A stretch of DNA of 64,000 nucleotides from Rhodospirillales bacterium (GCA_965247705.1 CBDFHV010000059.1:3879-67878), one strand, 5' to 3'. Positions 27,156 through 37,982 are shown, counted from the first letter of the stretch. A program made the numbers and translations. Notes: generated by a model from the sequence alone, not told the origin.

Positions 27156-28058
27156 ATGGCCGAACAGCCCTTTCATGATCGCGACGGAGAGATCTGGTAC
27201 GACGGCGCCCTGGTCCCGTGGCGCCACGCCAATCTCCACGTGCTGTCCCATGGCCTCCATTATGCCTCCTGCGTCTTCGAAGGCGAGCGGGTCTACGGCG
27301 GCAAGATATTCAAGCTGACCGAGCATAGCGAGCGCCTGTTCACTTCCGCCCGCACGCTGGGGTTCGACATCCCCCATACGGTCGCCGACATCGACGCGGC
27401 TTGCGTGGAAACCTGCAAAGTCAACGGCATCATCGACGGCTACGTACGGCCCGTCGCCTGGCGGGGTAGCGAGATGATGGGCGTTTCGGCCCAGGCGAGC
27501 AATATCCACGTGTCCATCGCCACCTGGCCCTGGCCGTCCTACTTTTCCCCCGAGGCCCGCATGAAGGGGATCAAGCTGCAGACGTCGTCCTGGCGGCGTC
27601 CGGCCCCCGAGACGGCGCCGGTCCACGCCAAGGCCGCCGGCCTCTACATGATCTGCACCATGTCCAAGCACGCCGCCGAGGCGGCCGGCTTCCACGATGC
27701 CCTGATGCTCGACTGGCGGGGCCGCGTGTCAGAGGCGACGGGCGCCAACATATTTCTGACTTTCGGCGATACGACCCTGCATACGCCGACGCCGGACTGC
27801 TTCCTGGACGGCATTACCCGACGGACGGTGATCGAGCTTGCCCGCCGGCGCGGCTGGGAGGTGGTGGAGCGCACCGTCATGCCCGACGAAGTGGCCAAGG
27901 CCACGGAGATTTTCCTTACCGGCACCGCCGCCGAGGTGACGCCGGTCGGCCAGATCGACGACCTCACCTTCACCCCGGGCGAGGTCTGCCGCGCCATGAT
28001 GGAGGACTACGAGCGGGAAGTGGGCAAGGCGCCCGCCGACGCCGCCTCGGCGGCATAA
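27156..28058 (+). CDS. ilvE: Branched-chain amino acid aminotransferase
   Basis: [20 protein letters not shown] (PLP Lys), [31 protein letters not shown]. Confidence 0.96.
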   Translation: MAEQPFHDRDGEIWYDGALVPWRHANLHVLSHGLHYASCVFEGERVYGGKIFKLTEHSERLFTSARTLGFDIPHTVADIDAACVETCKVNGIIDGYVRPVAWRGSEMMGVSAQASNIHVSIATWPWPSYFSPEARMKGIKLQTSSWRRPAPETAPVHAKAAGLYMICTMSKHAAEAAGFHDALMLDWRGRVSEATGANIFLTFGDTTLHTPTPDCFLDGITRRTVIELARRRGWEVVERTVMPDEVAKATEIFLTGTAAEVTPVGQIDDLTFTPGEVCRAMMEDYEREVGKAPADAASAA

Positions 28059-28081
28059 AGGGCAGGCCGCATGGCGCTGGC

Positions 28082-30136
28082 CTATTCGGCCGCCGCCGCT
28101 TCAGCCGGGAAAATCTCCGCTATCGCTTGCCGCAACTTCGCACGCAGGGCGTCCGGGTCCGTCATGACCTCGTTCAGGGGGATCGAACCGGCCACGGGGA
28201 GGGGGCCCATGGTGCGTTCGAAGACGGCGCGTCGGGTCTGTTGGCGCACCGGCTTGGGGACGGCGGCCAGGCGGCGGTTCAGGTCCAGCATGGTAGCGTC
28301 GTCGAAAACGCTTTCCCAGGCCTCCCGTTCCGGGCCGAAGTCGAAGAAGGCCCGGCGGTTGTCCCGGGGGCGTCCGGACCTCAGCCTATTCGTTGCCGCC
28401 GCATCCACCCGCCCGGTCTGATCCACCGCCACGCCGTAGTCCCGCGCCGCGCCGGTGGTGGTGACGAAGCCGGTGCGCACGTCCTCGGCGACGCTGGCGG
28501 GATCCCGTTCGAGGGGATCCCCGTAGCCGCTGCCGCCGGGCATCATGATGGTCAGCGTGTCGCCACGGTTGACGGGCAGCTCGTCGATCTTGGGCAAGTC
28601 CCGTTCGCTGGCCTGACCGCGGTTGAAGATGGCGCGGAAGCGGGCCGCCGGCCGGCCGCCGTTGAAGCCCCAGGGCTGGAACCGCAGACGCTCCATGCCG
28701 CGGGCGAGGATGGTGCCGCCGTCGCGCAGTACCTCCACCGTCATCACCTGTCCGACGCCGCCCCGCCACCGGCCCGGGCCGCCCGAATCGGCGCGGATGT
28801 CGTATTCGCGCACGATCGCCCCGGCGTCGCATTCGATGGTTTCGATGGGGTGGTTCTTCATGTTGTTGAGGGTGGCGTCGCGCACCTCCACCCCGTCCTG
28901 GCCACGGATCGCACCCATGCCCCCCTTCATGGGCTCGATCACCTGGACCGTACGCCGGTCCGAGCCCGGCACGTGCTCGGCCAGCACGAAGGGACAGCTC
29001 GACCCACACGACGGCCCCGCCATGCGGTCGGGCACCGCCTTGAGGATGGCGCCGGTCATGGCGTCGTTGAGCCGCCGCGCCGTTGCGTGGCGGATACCCA
29101 CGGCGTCGGGGAATTCGGCATGCATCACGGTGCCGGGGGGATTGGTGGCGGTGATGTATCGGTAGAGTCCCGCGTTCATGACCAAGCTCGGATCGTGGGT
29201 GGTCATGAAGGTGGTGATCCGCATGCTGAGCCAATAGTTGCGATTGCCCATGGTGGGCACGTTGTAGGCGGCCATGACCTGGGGATCGGTGCCGGAGACG
29301 TCGATGTCGACGGTGCCGTCCTTTACGGTCAGGCGGACCCGCACCCGAAGCGGGATGGTGGTCACAAGGTCGTCGTCCAGGTAGTCCCAGAATTCGTAGG
29401 TGCCGTCGGGAATCAAGCGCAATACGGTGCGCGCCTTTTCCGCCGTGTAGTCTTGCAGGGCTTTTGGCGCGGCGAGGAGGGTCTCCACCCCATACTGCGC
29501 AATGATGTCCGCCACCCGCGCGGCGCCGATGCGCATGCCGCCGACCATGGCCCGGATATCGCCCATGTTCATGTCGGGCATGCGGCAGTTGGTCTCGATG
29601 ACGTTGACCAGATCCTGGTCGTAGACCCCCTGGTGGCACAGTTTCAGGGGTGGAATGCGCAGCCCTTCCTGAAAGATGTCGTGGGACGACGGCGAGATGG
29701 AGCTGGGCACCCGACCGCCCACGTCCGTGCAATGGATAAAGCACCAGCCGTAGGCGACGATCCGGCCATCATGAAAGTAGGGCATGATGACATGGATGTC
29801 CGGCAGGTGGGTCACTAGGCCATCGGTGGTGTAGGGGTCGTTGGTAAGGACCACGTCGCCCTCTTCCAGCGGCCCGGCGGCCCGGATGGCTTCCGCGCAA
29901 TCCAGGTCGATGAGGAACTGGCAGGTGGCCGACGGCGGATAGCCGAACACGCTGCCGTCGGGAGCGATCAGCGCGGTGCCGAAGTCGGCGCCCTCCTTGA
30001 CATAGGTGGACCGGGACGCCCGCTGCAGGGCGAAATACATCTCGTCGGCGATGGCCGCGACTTTGTTGTTGAAGATCTCCAGCAGGATCGGGTCGAAGGC
30101 CGTTCCGCTGTTGCCTGTGCCGTTTTCAATCGACAT
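28082..30136 (-). CDS. Hydantoinase B/oxoprolinase family protein (stand-alone B subunit), paralog 1
   Basis: DPILLEI, RASRSTYVKEGADF, NDPY...THLPD, HCTDVGGRVPSS, QEGLRIPP, DSGGPGRWRGG, GGSGYGDPLERDP. Confidence 0.93.
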   Translation of the reverse strand: MSIENGTGNSGTAFDPILLEIFNNKVAAIADEMYFALQRASRSTYVKEGADFGTALIAPDGSVFGYPPSATCQFLIDLDCAEAIRAAGPLEEGDVVLTNDPYTTDGLVTHLPDIHVIMPYFHDGRIVAYGWCFIHCTDVGGRVPSSISPSSHDIFQEGLRIPPLKLCHQGVYDQDLVNVIETNCRMPDMNMGDIRAMVGGMRIGAARVADIIAQYGVETLLAAPKALQDYTAEKARTVLRLIPDGTYEFWDYLDDDLVTTIPLRVRVRLTVKDGTVDIDVSGTDPQVMAAYNVPTMGNRNYWLSMRITTFMTTHDPSLVMNAGLYRYITATNPPGTVMHAEFPDAVGIRHATARRLNDAMTGAILKAVPDRMAGPSCGSSCPFVLAEHVPGSDRRTVQVIEPMKGGMGAIRGQDGVEVRDATLNNMKNHPIETIECDAGAIVREYDIRADSGGPGRWRGGVGQVMTVEVLRDGGTILARGMERLRFQPWGFNGGRPAARFRAIFNRGQASERDLPKIDELPVNRGDTLTIMMPGGSGYGDPLERDPASVAEDVRTGFVTTTGAARDYGVAVDQTGRVDAAATNRLRSGRPRDNRRAFFDFGPEREAWESVFDDATMLDLNRRLAAVPKPVRQQTRRAVFERTMGPLPVAGSIPLNEVMTDPDALRAKLRQAIAEIFPAEAAAAE

Positions 30137-30186
30137 GTTCGACCCTATTGTGCGGCTTCGACCGTTGAGCAGGGGGAAGGTAACTG

Positions 30187-30618
30187 ATGCGCGCGACTTA
30201 TGCCTATCCTGCGGATATTGAAACCGATGAAGACGGGGCGGTCATCGTCACCTTCCCCGATTTCGGCTGGGGGGTGACCGATGGCGACACCCTCGCCGAG
30301 GCCTTGGTCCAAGCCGAGGACTGCCTCGGCACCTTGATCGCCACCACAATGTGGGAACGGAGGGAACTGCCCATCCCATCGGCCGCCCAAGGCCGGCCGG
30401 TGGTGCCTGCCCCGCCCCTGATCGCGGCCAAGGCGGCGCTGTATCAGGCGATGCGGGACGAAGGCTTGACCAACGTCGCCCGGGCCGAACGCATGCACAC
30501 CTCTGAAACCGAGGTCTGCCGCTGGCTCAACCCCCGCCTTGCCACCAAGATCGCCGCCCTCGACGAGGCCCTGCGCGCCCTTGGACGGCGCCTGGAAGTG
30601 TCTGTCAGGGCAGCATGA
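30187..30618 (+). CDS. hicB: HicB-family antitoxin (orphan)
   Basis: YAYPADIETDEDGAVIVTFPDF, TDGDTLAEALVQAEDCL, ELPIPS, C-terminal HTH. Confidence 0.85.
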   Translation: MRATYAYPADIETDEDGAVIVTFPDFGWGVTDGDTLAEALVQAEDCLGTLIATTMWERRELPIPSAAQGRPVVPAPPLIAAKAALYQAMRDEGLTNVARAERMHTSETEVCRWLNPRLATKIAALDEALRALGRRLEVSVRAA

Positions 30619-30658
30619 ATCAGGAATCCCGGGATCAGGCATCGGAATCGGTTGTCCC

Positions 30659-32695
30659 CTACTGGGCCGCTTCGGCCGTGACGGCGGGACCGGGCAGGGT
30701 AGCCATGACTTGCTTGAGGCGCGCCCGCGCCGCGTCCGCCTCGCCGATGGCCTCGGCCAGGGGGATGCCGGGGCGGTCCCACAGGTCCGGCACCGCCTCG
30801 CGGAAGACCCGCCGGCGGGTGGCGATACGGGTCGACCTGGGGAGAGCGAACAGGCGGCGGTTGAGGTCCAGCATGGTGGCGTCGTCGAAAACCGCTTCCC
30901 AGGCCTCCCGGTCGGGCCCGAAATCGAAGTCGGTACCCAGGTTCTCCCGCACCCGGCCCCGGCGCAGAGCCTCGGTCGCTTCCCGATCCAGGGAACCGTC
31001 CTCCCGAAGCGCGACGCCGTAATCCTCGCGGGCCGACCGAATGGACACGAATCCCCAGGCCGCGTTGTCGCGCACCCGGTCCGGGTCGCGCAGGAAGGGA
31101 TCCCCATAGCCCGGCGCGCCCGGCATCAGAAGGGTGAGCGTATCGCCCGCATCCACCCGTAGCTGGTCGATCTTGCCCAGCACCTGCTCGTCCGGGCGGC
31201 CCCGGTTCTTGATCGCGCGCAAGGGGCGGGAGCGTTTGCCCCCCGACACGCCCCAGGCGGGAAAGCGCTGCCGCTCCATGCCTCGGGCGAGGACAATGCC
31301 GCCGTCCTTCAGCACCTCGAAAGTGAGGGTCTGGCCGCAGCCGCCTCGCCACCGACCGGGCCCGCCGGAATCCGTGTGCACGTCGTAAGCGCGGACCGTG
31401 ATGCCGGCGTCCATCTCGATGGATTCGATGGGGTGGTTGTTCATGTTGTTGACGCTGACGTCGCGGGCGTCCACCCCGTCGACCCCCGGCGCGCCGCCCA
31501 TGCCGCCCCGCATGGGCTCGATGACGACCACTTTGCGGCGGCCGCTGTCGGCGTCGAATTCGGAGATCACGGCCGAGACGCTGGCGCCGCAGGTGGGCGC
31601 GGCCATGATGTCGGGCACCGCCTTGGAAAGGGCGCCGCTGACCGCGTCGTTCAAGCGCCGGGCGCTGGCCGAGCGGATGCCCACCGGGTCGGGAAACTCG
31701 GCGTGGAGGATGGTGCCCGGCGGGCTGGTCACCGACATGGGGCGATAGAGGCCGGCATTCAGCGGCGTCGAGCTGTCTCGGGTGCAGATGAAGGTGGTCA
31801 GGCGCATGGTCACCCAGTAGTGGACCATGCCCATGGTGGGCACGTTGTAGGCGGACTCCACCGCCGGGTCCGTGCCCGTGAAGTCCAGATGCACGGTGTC
31901 GCCGGCGATGGTCATGACGACCCGCAGGCGCACCGGAATGGGACTGAAGAAATCGTCGTCCATGTAGTCCCAGAATTGGTAGCTGCCATCGGGGATGGTG
32001 CGGATCACCGCCCGTGCCTTGGTCTCCGCGTAGGCTTGAAGCTGCTCCTGGCAGGCCATGAAGGCGTCCACGCCTTGGCTCTCGATCAGGTCCCGCACCC
32101 GCGCCGCGGCGGTTTCCAGGGCACCCAGCAGCGCCCGAACGTCGCCCATGTTGGCATCGGGCGTGCGCACGTTGGCCCGGAACAGGGTGACGAAATCCTG
32201 ACTTATCCGTCCCTCGCGGACGATTTTCAGGGGCGGAAAACGGATGCCCTCCTGGAACAGTTCGGTCAGCGAAGGCGCGATGGAACTGGGCACCGAACCG
32301 CCCATGTCCGTGAAGTGAATGAAGGCCCAGGCGTAACAGACGATGCGGCCTTGGTGGTAGATGGGCCGTAGCATGTGCAGGTCCGGCAGGTGGGTGGACA
32401 GGCCCTTGGACAGGAACGGATCGTTGGAAAAGATGACGTCGCCTTCTTCCACGTCCGGCACGGCCTCGATCAAGGCGCCGCAAGGCCGGTCGATGGAGAA
32501 CATGTTGGCGCCTCGGGGATAGGCGAACATCTTGCCGCCCAAGTCGGCCAGTCCGACCCCGAAGTCGGCCGCCTCCTTCACGTACATGGACCGCGACGCC
32601 CGCTGCAGATGGGCCGACATCTGCTCGGCGATGGAGGCCACCTGCTGGTTCATGACCTCCAAGAGCACCGGGTCGAGGGCCATGGTCCCGGTCAC
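30659..32695 (-). CDS. Hydantoinase B/oxoprolinase family protein (stand-alone B subunit), paralog 2
   Basis: LDPVLLEV, VKEAADF, THLPD, HFTDMGG, DSGGPGRWRGG. GTGA overlap with paralog 3. Confidence 0.93.
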   Translation of the reverse strand: MTGTMALDPVLLEVMNQQVASIAEQMSAHLQRASRSMYVKEAADFGVGLADLGGKMFAYPRGANMFSIDRPCGALIEAVPDVEEGDVIFSNDPFLSKGLSTHLPDLHMLRPIYHQGRIVCYAWAFIHFTDMGGSVPSSIAPSLTELFQEGIRFPPLKIVREGRISQDFVTLFRANVRTPDANMGDVRALLGALETAAARVRDLIESQGVDAFMACQEQLQAYAETKARAVIRTIPDGSYQFWDYMDDDFFSPIPVRLRVVMTIAGDTVHLDFTGTDPAVESAYNVPTMGMVHYWVTMRLTTFICTRDSSTPLNAGLYRPMSVTSPPGTILHAEFPDPVGIRSASARRLNDAVSGALSKAVPDIMAAPTCGASVSAVISEFDADSGRRKVVVIEPMRGGMGGAPGVDGVDARDVSVNNMNNHPIESIEMDAGITVRAYDVHTDSGGPGRWRGGCGQTLTFEVLKDGGIVLARGMERQRFPAWGVSGGKRSRPLRAIKNRGRPDEQVLGKIDQLRVDAGDTLTLLMPGAPGYGDPFLRDPDRVRDNAAWGFVSIRSAREDYGVALREDGSLDREATEALRRGRVRENLGTDFDFGPDREAWEAVFDDATMLDLNRRLFALPRSTRIATRRRVFREAVPDLWDRPGIPLAEAIGEADAARARLKQVMATLPGPAVTAEAAQ

Positions 32696-34719
32696 TGGGT
32701 GGCCTGACGGTCGGCGGCACTATCGAAGGCCTCCGCCATGGCCGCCTCCAGGCGCCCCCGCACGGCGTCCGGATCGGCCAGGGCCGCGGCGATGGAACCG
32801 CTGCCCGGCTTGGGCAGGTCGGGCACCGCCGTCTCGAAGATGCGCCGGCGCGTATCCTTGCGCACGGAACGGGGCAGGGCGTAGAGGCCCCGGTTGAGGC
32901 GCCGCATGATGTCGTCGTCGAAGACCGCCTCCCAGGCTTCCCGGTCGGGTCCGAAGTCGAAATGGGCGTGGCGGTTGTCCTTGACCCGGGCGGCCCGCAG
33001 GTCGCCGGTCGCGGCCTCGTCCACCCGCCCATCCCGGTCGAGGGCGACGCCGTAGTCCCGCGCCGCTCCCTCCGCGGTGACGAACCCTTCCACCAGGTCA
33101 TTGCGGACGTGCGCCGGATCGCGAACGAAGGGATCGCCGAACCCGCTGCCGCCTGGGCTGAGGAAGGTGATCGAATCGCCCCTGTTCACCGGATGGGCGT
33201 CGAGCTTGCCAATGTCGCGCTCGCTGTCTTGCCCCACGTTGAGGATGGCGCGGAACATTTCGGCCGGTTTGGCGCCATGGACGCCGAAGGCGGGAAACCG
33301 CAGCCGGTCCATGCCGCGGGCGAGAATTGTGCCGCCGTCGCGCAGGAACTCTACCGTCAGCCGCTGGCCGACGCCACCGCGCCAGGTGCCGGCGCCGCCG
33401 GAATCGGGGCGCGCGTCCCACTCGCGGATGATCACCGCGGCCTCGCTTTCCACCTGCTCGATCGGGTGGTTGCTCATGTTGGTATTGGTGACGTCGCGCA
33501 CGTCCACCCCGTCGCGGCCCATCAGGGCGCCCATGCCGCCGCGCAGGGGCTCGATCACCTTGACGTCCCGTTTGGCGCCGGCGGCGTCGTACTCGGCCAG
33601 GGCGAAGGGCGCGCCGGAGCCGCACGAAGGGGCGGACATCTTGTCCGGCGCCGCCTTGAGCAGCGCGCCGACCATGGCGTCGTTGATGCGCCGCGCCGTC
33701 GCCTGGCGAATGCCCACCGGGTCGGGGAATTCGGCGTTCATGATCGTGCCGGCTGGGCTGGTGACCGAGATGTGCCGGTACATGCCGGCGTTCTGGGCGA
33801 TGGTGGGGTCATGGGTGAGCAGGAAGTTGGTCAGGCGCATGGTGAACCAGTAGTTGCGCCGACCTTGTGTGGGAACGTTGTAGGCGCCGCCCACCTGCGG
33901 GTCCGAATCGGTGACGTCCAGGTCCACCTGGCCGTCGCGCACCGTCATCCGCACCCGCAGCCGGACGGGGATGGCGCTGACCGCGTCGTCGTCCATGTAG
34001 TCCCAGAATTCGTAGGCGCCGTCGGGGATCAACCGCAGCACCGCGCGGGCCTTGTCGGCCGCATAGTCCTGAAGCGCCGTCTGGGCGTCGATAATGGTAT
34101 CGCCGCCATAACGCTCCACCACGTCGACGACGCGCCGCTCGCCGATACCCAGCGCCCCGATCATGGCGTGGATGTCGCCCATGTTGACCTCGGGGATGCG
34201 GCAGTTGGCGCTGAAGATGGTCACGAAGTCCTGGTTCAGACGTCCCCGCCGCACGATCTTCATGGGCGGGATGATGATCCCTTCCTGAAACAGGTCCGTG
34301 TTGGTCGGCGAGATGCTGGACGGGACCCGGCCGCCGATGTCGGTGAAGTGGCAGAAGCACCAGCCGTAGGCGACGATGCGGTCGCCATGGAAATAGGGCT
34401 TCAGCATCTGGATGTCGGGCAGGTGGGTGGCGAAGCCTTCGGTGCGATAGGGGCAGTTGGCGACGATGACATCGCCCGGTTCCAGGTCCGGCACCCCGCG
34501 CAGGGTCGCCTTGGCGTCGCTGTCGATGACGAACTGGGTGGACGCCGAGGGCGGATAGCCGAAGATATGCCCGTCCAGTCCGATCAGCCCGACGCCGAAG
34601 TCCTCGGCCTCCTTGACGAACATGGAGCGTGAGGCCCGCTTCAGCGACGTCTTCATCTCGTCCGCGATGGCGGCCACGCGGTTGTTGAGGATCTCCAGCA
34701 GGACCGGATCGAAGGACAC
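32692..34719 (-). CDS. Hydantoinase B/oxoprolinase family protein (stand-alone B subunit), paralog 3
   Basis: AGGAGG RBS then GTG; FDPVLLEI, VKEAEDF, THLPD, HFTDIGG, DSGGAGTWRGG. Confidence 0.93.
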   Translation of the reverse strand: MSFDPVLLEILNNRVAAIADEMKTSLKRASRSMFVKEAEDFGVGLIGLDGHIFGYPPSASTQFVIDSDAKATLRGVPDLEPGDVIVANCPYRTEGFATHLPDIQMLKPYFHGDRIVAYGWCFCHFTDIGGRVPSSISPTNTDLFQEGIIIPPMKIVRRGRLNQDFVTIFSANCRIPEVNMGDIHAMIGALGIGERRVVDVVERYGGDTIIDAQTALQDYAADKARAVLRLIPDGAYEFWDYMDDDAVSAIPVRLRVRMTVRDGQVDLDVTDSDPQVGGAYNVPTQGRRNYWFTMRLTNFLLTHDPTIAQNAGMYRHISVTSPAGTIMNAEFPDPVGIRQATARRINDAMVGALLKAAPDKMSAPSCGSGAPFALAEYDAAGAKRDVKVIEPLRGGMGALMGRDGVDVRDVTNTNMSNHPIEQVESEAAVIIREWDARPDSGGAGTWRGGVGQRLTVEFLRDGGTILARGMDRLRFPAFGVHGAKPAEMFRAILNVGQDSERDIGKLDAHPVNRGDSITFLSPGGSGFGDPFVRDPAHVRNDLVEGFVTAEGAARDYGVALDRDGRVDEAATGDLRAARVKDNRHAHFDFGPDREAWEAVFDDDIMRRLNRGLYALPRSVRKDTRRRIFETAVPDLPKPGSGSIAAALADPDAVRGRLEAAMAEAFDSAADRQATQ

Positions 34720-34862
34720 GAAAAGACCTCCTGGCCGCACGGCCCGAAGGCCCGCGGAACGCCGAAAAATCTGTCCGCGACCCTATCGCCGGCTCCTGGA
34801 ACAAGTCAAACCGCCACACCAACGAAACCCTGGGTACGGCCGCAACATCCCTGCTACAACGG

Positions 34863-35855
34863 ATGTCACAGTGTCCTGACAGCGGAGACGAGGCCGTGAT
34901 CCCCAATCCCTATCCCATTGAAGTGCAAACCCCCGACATCACCCCCTACCGGCAAGGGAATGTGGGCGTTGACTACGTCTCCGTCTTCGACAGCGGCCAT
35001 GACGGCCCGACGGTGATGATCGCCGCTGTCACCCATGGTAACGAGATCTGCGGCGCCGTGGCCCTGGACCTGCTGTTCAAGGAGAACGTGCGCCCGACTC
35101 GCGGCCGGTTGATCCTCACTTTCAACAACCACGCCGCCTATCACGCCTTCGATCCGGAAGACCCCAACGCGTCGCGCTACGTGGACCAGGACCTGAACCG
35201 GGTGTGGTCGGCCGACAAGCTCGACGGCGCGGGAGACACGGTGGAGCTGCGGCGGGCGCGGGAGCTTCGGCCCTTCGTCGAACAGGCCGACTACCTGCTC
35301 GACATCCACTCCATGTTTTATCCGATCGCGCCGTTGATGTTGTGCGGACCGTTGGCCAAGGGTCGGGACTTCGCCCGATCCCTGAGGATTCCGCGCTACG
35401 TGGCGTCCGACGGCGGCCACGCCGAGGGCGTGCGGATGCGGGACTATGGCGGCTTCAGCGCGCCCGACAGCGCCAAGAACGCGCTGCTGATCGAATGCGG
35501 GCAGCACTGGTCCCGCCACTGCTCGGACGTCGCCGTCGAGACCTCGGTTCGGTATCTCGAGTCCCTGGACGTGGTCGATGGGGATTGGGCGGCTTCCCAC
35601 ATACCGACCGACCCGCCGCCACCCCAGGATGTGATCGAGGTGACCCATCCCATCACCATCGAGTCCGACCGCTTTGCCTTCGCCGAGGACTATCAGGGGT
35701 ACGAAGTGATCGCCAAGGCGGGCACGGTGATCGCCCAAGACGGCGACGATCCGGTGACCACGCCCTACGACGACTGCGTCCTGGTCATGCCGTCCATGCG
35801 CCTGGAAGCGGGTCGAACGGCGGTGCGCCTGGGGCGCTATGTCGGGGAAGGCTGA
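34863..35855 (+). CDS. Succinylglutamate desuccinylase/aspartoacylase (M14 AstE/AspA) family protein; start 34863 or 34896
   Basis: THGNE (HxxE Zn ligands), DLNR, LDIHS, IECG. Confidence 0.9.
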   Translation: MSQCPDSGDEAVIPNPYPIEVQTPDITPYRQGNVGVDYVSVFDSGHDGPTVMIAAVTHGNEICGAVALDLLFKENVRPTRGRLILTFNNHAAYHAFDPEDPNASRYVDQDLNRVWSADKLDGAGDTVELRRARELRPFVEQADYLLDIHSMFYPIAPLMLCGPLAKGRDFARSLRIPRYVASDGGHAEGVRMRDYGGFSAPDSAKNALLIECGQHWSRHCSDVAVETSVRYLESLDVVDGDWAASHIPTDPPPPQDVIEVTHPITIESDRFAFAEDYQGYEVIAKAGTVIAQDGDDPVTTPYDDCVLVMPSMRLEAGRTAVRLGRYVGEG

Positions 35856-35870
35856 CCGACGGATCTGGTG

Positions 35871-36824
35871 CTACGGCGCCGGTCGGGACTCGAGGTTCAA
35901 CAACGATCGCGCGCCGGGCCAGATGCCCGCCGCGTGGCTTTCCCGCACCTGTTCCAGGATCAGTTCCGAGGCGCTTTGTGTGAGCAGGGGGCGCCGTCGG
36001 GTAATCGGCATGGCGAGGCCAATGCGCCGATGGATGGACGGGTCGATTATCGGTAGGGCTTGCAGGTCGTCGGCCGCCTGTCCGCCGAGGACCACCGACG
36101 CCGGCAGAATGGCGAAACCCACATCGGCGCGAATGAGGCTGCGTTGCACGTGCACGGAATTGGCCTCGGCGACGACTTTCAGATCGACGCCCGCGCCGTG
36201 CACCACATGGTCGATCCAACCGCGCAGGCCGAAGTCGGAGCTGGGCAATATCAGCGGGTAGTCTGAAAGTCGGCGAAGGGGCACGGCGCCAGCCGCGCGG
36301 GCCTCAAGGGAATGGGGCCCGACGAGGAAAAGCGGCTCCTCGATCAGGGGCTGAAATTCCAGGTTCGTCGGTACCAGCGGCTCCGACACGATCGCCACGT
36401 CGATCTCCTGCTTCTCCAACCATTCGAGCAGGTGGGTGGCCAGGCCGGTGACCACCCGCAGCCGGACCCGGGGGTAGCGCTGGCGCATGGCGCCCGCGAA
36501 CCGGCCGGTCATCAGATCGCTGACGCTGGGCAGCAGCCCGACCGCGATCTGGCCCGTTACTTGCCCGGACAGGGCCATCAGATCCGATTTGGCCTGGTCC
36601 AGCTCGCGAAAGGCGCCGCGGGCGCGCTCGACCAGGATTTCGCCGCCCTCCGTCAGGGCCATCCCACGGGCGTGGCGGGTGAACAATGGGGTGCCCACCT
36701 CCGTCTCCAGGAGGCGGATCTGGCGGCTGAGCGCCGGCTGGGCGATACGCAACCTCTTGGCGGCCCGGCTGAGGCTTCCGGTCTCCGCCACCAGGAGGAA
36801 GGTGCGCAGTTGCCGAAGATCCAT
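35871..36824 (-). CDS. LysR-family transcriptional regulator
   Basis: MDLRQLRTFLLVAETGSLSRAAKRLRIAQPALSRQIRLLE. Confidence 0.96.
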   Translation of the reverse strand: MDLRQLRTFLLVAETGSLSRAAKRLRIAQPALSRQIRLLETEVGTPLFTRHARGMALTEGGEILVERARGAFRELDQAKSDLMALSGQVTGQIAVGLLPSVSDLMTGRFAGAMRQRYPRVRLRVVTGLATHLLEWLEKQEIDVAIVSEPLVPTNLEFQPLIEEPLFLVGPHSLEARAAGAVPLRRLSDYPLILPSSDFGLRGWIDHVVHGAGVDLKVVAEANSVHVQRSLIRADVGFAILPASVVLGGQAADDLQALPIIDPSIHRRIGLAMPITRRRPLLTQSASELILEQVRESHAAGIWPGARSLLNLESRPAP

Positions 36825-36843
36825 GGTCGCTCCGTTCGGAGAC

Positions 36844-36862
36844 CTATAACAATTCTTGATAG
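36844..36862. promoter_or_regulatory. LysR-type operator, dyad CTAT-N11-ATAG (T-N11-A)
   Basis: ctataacaattcttgatag lies just upstream of lysR in the divergent lysR/tctC gap. Confidence 0.6.
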
Positions 36863-37013
36863 ATGGTAGAACCATTATCGAATTGCGGCAATCGAGCGGT
36901 TCCGTTTTAGTTGCCGGACGACCCGCCGGTGGGGTCGCCATAATGACACTGCCCGCGCCTTGCCCGATGACACACGGCGGCCGGTGGTGGAACACGAACC
37001 TGAGGAGTGAACG

Positions 37014-37982
37014 ATGTTGAAACGGTTTTCGATGCTGTTGGCGGTGGCCATCATGGCCGTCGCCGCACCGTTGGCGGCGCAGGACAAATTCCCGTCGCGG
37101 CCGATAACGATGATCATCCCCACTCCGCCGGGCGGCGGCGTGGACACCATCCACCGCATGCTGGCCGAGTTCGCCGAGCCCGTGCTCGGCGTTTCGTTCG
37201 TGATCGAGAACAAGCCGGGCGCCGGGGGCAGCATCGGCGTGTCGACCATGGTCACCGCCAAGCCCGACGGTTACACCATCGCCGCGGTGTGGAACGCGCC
37301 GGTCACCATCGTGCCCCACTCGCTGAAGGTGCCCTACAGCATCGCCGACATTACGCCGGTCATCCAGTCCACTGGCGGCACACCGTTGATCTTCTGTGTG
37401 CGCCCGGACTTTCCGGCCGGCAACGGCAAGGAGTTCGTGTCTCACGTCAAACAGAACCCGGGCAAGTACACCTACGGTACGGACGGTGTCGGTGCCATTA
37501 TCCAGCTTTCGGGCGAGCGCCTGTTCCAGCCCCTCGGCCTCAAGCTGCGACCGGTGCCGTTCGGCGGCGCGTCGGAGACCCTGAAGAACTTCCTCGGCGG
37601 TCATATCGACATTTATGGGGGCAGCATCCCGCCCATTCTCGGCCAGATGCAGGCCGGCAAGACCAAGTGCCTGCTCGCCACCACCGCCAGCCGGCCCTCG
37701 ACCATGCCGGATTCGGCATCGGCCGGCGACCTGGGCCTGGCGGAACGGGCGACGGAATTGTGGCGCGGGCTGATCGCGCCCAAGGGAACCCCGGCCGACC
37801 GCGTCAAGACCCTCGCCGACGCCTTCCGCAAGGCTGCCCAGGCGCCGAAGTTCCAAGCCTACGTGAAGAAGCGGAACGAGCGCGCCGTGGCCGGAACACC
37901 CGCGGAGTTCGCCGCCGTGATCAAGGCCGAGAACAAGGCCTTCGCGGACGTCGTCATGAGCATCGGCCTGACCAAGAAATAA
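37014..37982 (+). CDS. tctC: Tripartite tricarboxylate transporter substrate-binding protein (Bug/TctC)
   Basis: Signal peptide, FPSRPITMIIPTPPGGGVD, ENKPGAGGSIG, AKPDGYT, VPFGG, WRGLIAPKGTP. Confidence 0.93.
   Translation: MLKRFSMLLAVAIMAVAAPLAAQDKFPSRPITMIIPTPPGGGVDTIHRMLAEFAEPVLGVSFVIENKPGAGGSIGVSTMVTAKPDGYTIAAVWNAPVTIVPHSLKVPYSIADITPVIQSTGGTPLIFCVRPDFPAGNGKEFVSHVKQNPGKYTYGTDGVGAIIQLSGERLFQPLGLKLRPVPFGGASETLKNFLGGHIDIYGGSIPPILGQMQAGKTKCLLATTASRPSTMPDSASAGDLGLAERATELWRGLIAPKGTPADRVKTLADAFRKAAQAPKFQAYVKKRNERAVAGTPAEFAAVIKAENKAFADVVMSIGLTKK

Noticed and set aside
30006-30221. Possible hicA toxin upstream of hicB
   Set aside because: The 71-aa ORF is antisense to the hyuB 5' end and lacks the HicA GSH/dsRBD-like motif.
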